Below, one piece after another: positions 58,101 to 64,000 of a stretch of DNA of 64,000 bases. A program made the translations under genes and the position numbers. The stretch covers positions 372,001 through 436,000 of the forward strand of contig CBFFRQ010000030.1 of assembly GCA_965644315.1 (NCBI GenBank), read 5' to 3'. Under the pieces are notes generated by a model that did no database searches, was not told the DNA's origin, and saw only the letters and a program-made list of their open reading frames with translations. The stretch's first letter is position 1. Every line of letters begins with the position of its first letter. This DNA is from Caecitellus pseudoparvulus. Taxonomy: Eukaryota > Protista > Bigyra: Bicosoecida.

Positions 58101-59934
58101 CATCCTGGTGGGCGTCCTGCGCGTGACCTTCATCAGCCACCTGCTGCCCTTCCTGCCCAACAACCTCGCCGCACCCATGGCGTGGACTGTGGGGCAGTTC
58201 CTGGGCCTCACCACCGCCCCGCCCCTACCCAACCCCAGTGCTGAGGCTGCCGCGGCTGTGACCGCCTCGGGGGGGCTCTCCCGTATACTGCATGACACTG
58301 CTGTGGCGACGGGACTGGCTGTCGGGCACCCGACGCTGGGCTCTCCTCTCCGGGTGGGCGCCGGGGGCGGTGGCTCCCTGTCAGCGCCAGAGGATACACC
58401 GTCTGCCTCTCGCAGTGGGCGGTCGGGGCACTCCCGCTCCAGGCGTCGCAAGGGCAAGACCAGCAAGGGTGACAAGGAAGCATCCCCTGCCCGTCCCACC
58501 CTGGACGTGACCCGGGGCAAGGCCGACAGTGGCGGTGAGACGTCGCCCAGCAAGTCTCCCTCTTTGGCACAGCTGGGCAAGAGCAAGTCTGGAGTGTCCC
58601 TCATGTCCTCCAGACGGGACAGCCTCGGAGCGGGGCGCAGTGGGTTGGGTGCGACGCCAGAGGCAGACAGCGAAGCTGTCCGCCGAGCCCTACAAGGGCG
58701 TCCCAGCATGGAGGCAGCGCAGGACGACGAAGCTGCACCCCACCAGCTACCTGCGCCGGCCATGCCGCCCCTGTGCCCGCCGCCCCACACCATCGCCGTC
58801 ACTCGCTCCAGCACGGTGGGGGAGGTCATCTCCCAGATGGTCAGGCACCAAGTGCCTGAAGTGTTCGTCGTTGCAGAGCCCTCGGAAACCACGCTGCCCG
58901 TGCCGCTGGAACACCCCTCCGTGTTCGCGGCTCGAGCAGCGGAGAAGGCTGGCGAAGCCGCGGCAGAGGCGGCAAGCTTAGAGAGCTACATGGGAGCGGT
59001 TGGGGGAGAGTTGCACCACCCGCACGCGCTTAGTGGCAAGGCACCAGCACCTCGTCGCCGTAGCACGACTCAGAAGGCAGCCCCACCCTCGTCGCCTGCT
59101 GAGTCAGAGAAGGCGGAGCATTCCATTGGCTCTCGACCAGCAGACGGCGGCGACGAGAATGTGCCCCTCAGCCAACCTGCAGGGTGCCTTGGTGGAGAAG
59201 TTCTGGGCATGATTACCATGACAGACCTCATTCGGTACGTCCTCTGGGTGTGGACACAGCGGTACGTGGCTGCGAACCCAGACATGGAAGTGGTGGCCCC
59301 GGAACAGCCTGCACCCGCCGCCAAGACACCCAAGTCATCCCCAAGCAAAGCAGACAGCAGAGCCGAGCGAGGAAAAATGCCCCCTTCCTTTGCCCAAGGC
59401 AAGGGCCAAGCCACAGTGGAGGCGGCCCACACAGTCCTCGTTGCAGCTGATGTGGAGCGCCAGCGCCGAGGCATCGTGCGCGACCACGCAGTGACCTCCT
59501 CCCTCACCACCGACATGGCGGCCAAGAGCAGAGCTGCTGCTGCTGTTCACGCCGCTGAAGCTGCTGGGGCTGCAGCAGCAAATCCCGAGCTTGTCAACCT
59601 CCTCGTCTCCAAGTCAACCGCCGACGGAGACAGCATGCAGCAAGCTGCTCAACGGGCCCGTGCCGCAGGGGACCAGGAGGGGGAAGGAGGGGGCTCGTCT
59701 TCCTTACTCTCACGCATTCTCCAGCGGTCCAGCAGTTCGCGGCAGGTCAGCGGTGCGGACGGGGCGGGCGGCGAACGCCAAAGTTTGTCGCCGGACATTA
59801 TTGCAACTGCCGGCTTTCATTCCTCAGTGGACAGCGTGTCTGCCGCCGCAGCAGGCATGAGAGCTGCAGCTGCCATCAAGCGCCGGGCATCCTCGGTCAT
59901 TTCTGCAGCTAGCAGTGACACCGGTGATAAGTAA
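49124..59934 (+). CDS. Giant (~3,575 aa) protein: N-myristoylation motif, degenerate EF-hand (NCS/calcineurin-B-like) module and four CBS-like motifs interrupted by low-complexity inserts; exons 49124-49312, 49396-59934
   Basis: A GTAAGT...CGCAG phase-0 intron links MGLSHS... to the 3,493-aa ORF. The CBS-like segments are listed in the findings. Confidence 0.8.
57922..57957 (+). repeat. 12-nt coding tandem repeat x3 (GKSK) followed by GRRKKK
   Basis: GGCAAGAGCAAG repeated three times. Confidence 0.8.
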
Positions 59935-60915
59935 TGCATGCTGAGCCATGCCTGGGTGCGCCGACGCACTCTGACGGGCTGTGGGGCCACCCCCCCACGC
60001 GGCCTGTACGCACGCACCACAAGCCCTCTTGCAAGGACGGAAGCACCCTCTCGAACCTTGTGTGTTCTTGTATATCGTCTTGCAAGCATGGAATGCCGAG
60101 CCTCGGCGAGAGCGAGCAAGCTTTCCGTGTAAGGGTGCGTCTCACGAAAACCGCCCTCTCTCTCGCGATACGTTTGCTGTGAGCGAGAGCAAATCTTCCT
60201 GCAAAAGGCTCGTGCGCCTGCTACAACCTCAAACCCATGTCTTGTCTTTCACGCCACCTTTCAACTTCTTTTCAAGTGTATTCATGATGAAGGGGCCAGC
60301 ATGATTGGCACGTCGCTGGCGACCGAGCAACCGAAGCACGGTGGCAGTAAGCGCTCGCAAACAAAACAAATCCGGAAATAGGTAAGCTTCCTGCCAAGCC
60401 CACGTCATCCAGCTAGCAAACATCACCAACCTTGCCCTGCAGGCTTGCTGTGTGCTGGGCAGCAGGCGCCAGCTACGTGCTCGTGCACGACCTCCATTGC
60501 CACGCCACGCGCCAAACCCGAAGTCTGCACGCCCCCCAGTGCCTAAGCACCCGTACCAGGGGACCAAAGCTGGCACGATAGCCTCATGGGGCCTGATGGT
60601 CTGCACACTTCCTCGAGGAAGGAACTCACCTTCCAAGGGGAAGCTGAAGAAGGTGCGGCAGCGGCGCCCCTTTCCCCTCCGCATCTTGCCCTTGGACAGC
60701 AGCGCTTCGTTTCGTCGCGTGTCCCTGTGCGACGCTCGCCTTGAGCATGTTCCCTATGCTCAGAGCACCCATCGTATGCTTCAGAGGGCCCTGTTTGGTG
60801 TCAAGAAGCTTGTGCACGCTGGGAGCCTCATCGCGCGGACTGGCTTCCTCGCTCCGCGTTGGCTTGCGTCACCAGCGCTCTGGATTCACACCAATGCTCC
60901 CCAATCCTTGCAGGC

Positions 60916-63900
60916 ATGCAAGAACACAGGACTGCAGCCGGGGGATCCTCAGATAGGAGCGGCATCTTCGGCTCCGGAGATGACCAGGGAGCTCACAAGC
61001 TGTCCCTCACTCTGTTCAAGGTGAGCACCCAGCGCACGGCGTTTCGCCTGCACTGTGCCCAACGCTGAGCGTGTCCTCTCGTGGCACTCAATCAAGTGCG
61101 AAGAAGAGGACGCACCATGTGACACGATCACGTGTGTCAATTGTGCATGCCGAGCCTACCCTTTGCTGTTGGACTCCGACATGGCGTTGCAGCGTCGCTG
61201 AAGCTCGCGGCCCAAGCCCCGCATCGATGATGCATGCTTCGTTCACCCTGTCAAGCACTACATCCACCCAACCTCCACGCCCTACACAGGTGTTCCAACT
61301 CATGACGGACAAGCTCAGGAAGCGAACTCTAGCAGATAAGCACACAGCCAGGCTGCTTGGGTACTGCTTCTTGACCATCGACTTTGCCCAGCAACTTGGG
61401 GTACGTGGCGGCGAATTAACGCCAGTCAACTCAAAAGTTGACAACCCATCTCTAGTTTCCAGCAGCAGCCTACGAAGATACTCGCGTTGTGCATGTGGGG
61501 CCCAAGAAATCTATACTGCTCACAACGTGCCTGCCGAACCCCCGTCCGCAGCTGCTCCTGTCCACTGCCAACGCCTGGCCCGACGCCGCCTTCGCGTGGG
61601 CACGCTTCTTCAACATCTCCACGTACGCGCACCCCACCGCCACGACCACCACGCACACCCCCCCCCTACACACACCCTGACCCCCGCCCTGCCCACCCAG
61701 GTACATCATCCCCACCCAAGACGCCGCCGTGTTCAACGCCGGCTTCATCCTCTGTGCCCTCCTCATCGTCGGGTCCATGGCCAACACTGCCTACGTCGCC
61801 CGTGCCGCATGGGTGGGCCAGTACGACCTGCTGTGGCCCCTGCAGTCACTGCGCACACTGGTGGCGCTCATCGTCACGGCGGGCCTCATCCCCATCACAC
61901 GTGTCCTCTTCATCACCCTGCGATGTGACCAGCTGGCGGCGTACTTGGGCGGCGACGTAGCGGGGTCTGGGTGCTGGGAGGTGCCATACCTGGCCTATGC
62001 CCTGGTGTCCCTGGTGTGTCTGGTGTTCTTGGTGCCCTTTGCCGTCGCGACCCAAGCAGTGTACTACGATGACCACCCCGACAGCGGGGACCCAGTGGCC
62101 AAGCCATGGGGGCGGGTGGAAGCGGCAGGTGCAGTGGCCCGCATGCTGCTGCCGGCACTGCTGGTGTTTGTGGACAGCGTGCCGGCACGGGGCGTCGTGC
62201 AGGTGCTGGTGTTTGGCGGCATGGCGTGTGGTGTGGCGTGGAAGCTGCCGTACTACGCCAACAGCACCAACACCCTGCGTGTCGTGCAGTACACCCTGGT
62301 GGCGTACCTGTCAGGGTGTGCTGTGGTGCTGCACAGCAGCGCTGTGACAGGCGATGCAGCTGTGCACATGTCGGTGGGACTGCTCGTGGGCAGCCTCGTG
62401 CCCATGTGTCTGGCGGGGGTGGGGGTGGCGTGGCGCCGTGCAGTGCTGCTGCGCCTGGCGCAGGGCTTCCCGGCAGCTGCCACGGGGAGCAGTGGCGGGC
62501 TGCCCATGCTGCAGGAGGCAGGTGGCAGCTCACACAGTGTGGGCGATGAGCAGCTGTCGCCCCAGGTGGCGTACCTTCGTGGCATCGTCCTGGACCACTG
62601 GCTCTTCCCTGATGACGTGGAGGTCATGGCACGCCTGCTGCTGCAGGGCATCTCACGCGCCACGCCCACGCGGCAGGTGCGCAGTGTGGCGCAGCGTGTG
62701 GATGCGCTGTACTGTGCAGCGCTGTCTGAGGAGGTGTTTGGGTCGGCCTGTGTGCCCCTGCGGCTGGCCTTCGCGGGCTTCCTGACACAGCACGGGCAGG
62801 ACCCCTTCCGTGCGCTGCAGGTGCTGCGGGAGGCGTCCCGTGTCCCCGCTGCACCCGACCTGTCCTTCCTGGTGTTCCGCAAGCTGCAGGACTGGCACCA
62901 TGCCCGCCAGCGTGACAGCGTGGGCACAGATGCCGTGGACTCCCTGGCCATGATCCAGTTCCGCAAGTACCACGCTGACGCACAGCGGCACCACCATGCT
63001 GCTGTGAGTGTGCTGAATACGCTGTTTGGGCAGCTGGCGGGGAAGGGTGCGGGTGCCGCGGCGGCGAGTGTGGGCGGCGGGGGGGGCAGTGCTGCCCACA
63101 CTCGCAGCTCCCTGCACGCTGCCGTGATGCAGACGGTGACGGCTTTCGCCCGTGAGCGGCGCCTTGCGACGGAGGCGTACCAGCGTGCGCTGTCGAAGTT
63201 CCCCACCAGCCAACAGCTGCTGCGTCACTACGCGTTGTTCCTGCAGCATGTGGTGAACGACTACCCTGCGGCTGTGGCGGTGCGTCAGCGTGTGATGGAG
63301 TTGGCGGAGCTGGCAGACGAGGCTCGGAGCTTTCGTGACGAGTCACAAGCTACTCCAACCGTGACGGATGCAGGTTCGAAAGTCAGTAGCCTCGGTAGCG
63401 ATTCGCAGCGCAGCGACACCTTGTTTCGACTGTCTACACAACGTGCGTCCATGGTTCAACGCCGTGAGCTTTCTCAGGCTCATCGCATCATGTGGTGGTT
63501 CCGCCTGGCGACCCTTGCCATAGTCATTCTGTCTGTTGGCATGTACGTGATCACCCGATTGGTTTTAGGGTCATTCGCGGCTTCCCTTTTTACCATGGAC
63601 TTTGCTGGCCTTCGACGGAAGCTTACGTCCAGCAGCTACTACTACGCTCGTGGCTTGCAGCTTGCCGCCCTCGCAGGTGACAACACCACCCTCGCATCAC
63701 TCCAGACCGGCATGCTCAAGGAGATGCAGAAGCTCTCCGACATCCATGCAGACCTGTACTACAACGGCCAGAGCTTCAGTGCCATTGAGGAGCTGTACTC
63801 CGAGCCCAGTGTGCGGGTGCAGGAGCTGTTACCGGGGAGTGGTCAGGTGCAGAACAGCAGCTTGGGGCTGTGGGACCTGGGAAACTTTCTGGTCTCGAAT

Positions 63901-64000
63901 GCTCGCCAGGTTGTGCAAATACCTGCAGATCATCTTATGGCTGCTGGCTCGCAGCCAGCGTGGTGGTTCATTTACGCCAACTCGAGGACAGCGGTGCTGC
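60916..64000 (+). CDS. TmcB/TmcC (tiny-macrocyst)-like multi-pass membrane signalling protein; 3' end runs off the window
   Basis: MQEHRT...LSLTLFK|VFQLM...TIDFAQQLG|LLLSTANAWP...|...WPLQSLRTLVALIVTAGLIPI...LRCD; DDVEVMAR; PDLSFLVFRK; AYQRALSKFPTSQQLLRHYALFLQHVVND, which is characteristic of TmcB-type TPR-like segments. The last exon is open to the window end. Confidence 0.8.

Noticed and set aside
59935-60915. Lower-GC gap with ORFs 60229-60684 and 60452-61024 as a possible transposon remnant or gene
   Set aside because: No transposase, RT or integrase motifs and no terminal repeats. Treated as intergenic/promoter DNA.
5216-61700. Introns as a family of introner transposons
   Set aside because: The introns I read share only donor/acceptor consensus and C-rich 3' ends. 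I saw no shared internal sequence, terminal inverted repeats or target-site duplications by eye.
1-64000. Alternative genetic code or stop-codon readthrough
   Set aside because: The conserved genes translate correctly with the standard code, TAA, TAG and TGA all serve as terminal stops, and the internal stops I encountered fall in introns.

Overview
Gene-dense, very GC-rich, intron-containing eukaryotic (protist) nuclear DNA. A heterotrophic stramenopile-like flagellate is my inference from gene content and intron style, not a demonstrated assignment. I reconstructed about 27 protein-coding genes by hand from short (~60-270 nt) introns with GTGCGT/GTGAGT/GTACGT donors and C-rich ...CAG acceptors. 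Recognisable genes: a secreted RCC1-repeat/mucin-stalk protein (truncated by the window start), eIF4A, a PCGF/BMI1-type RING-RAWUL protein, eIF3a, Nup54, a rhomboid protease, a kinesin-12, a head-to-head pair of fatty-acid-hydroxylase/sterol-desaturase paralogs, two TPR proteins, an ELO elongase, a stand-alone aspartate carbamoyltransferase, an OXLD1-like protein, GET3/ASNA1, SF3B4, a ~3,575-aa EF-hand-like + CBS protein, and a TmcB-like membrane protein (truncated by the window end), plus several hypotheticals. No CRISPR array, rRNA or recognisable transposon was seen. The most notable observations are a Nup54 whose 'FG' domain has 19 GLLG repeats and no Phe, a giant putatively myristoylated EF-hand/4xCBS protein whose domains are split by huge low-complexity inserts, a recurrent AATGCA hexamer at gene 3' ends, near-zero spacing between convergent genes, a 13-nt micro-exon, a probable GC-AG intron and reciprocal intron differences between the tandem paralogs.
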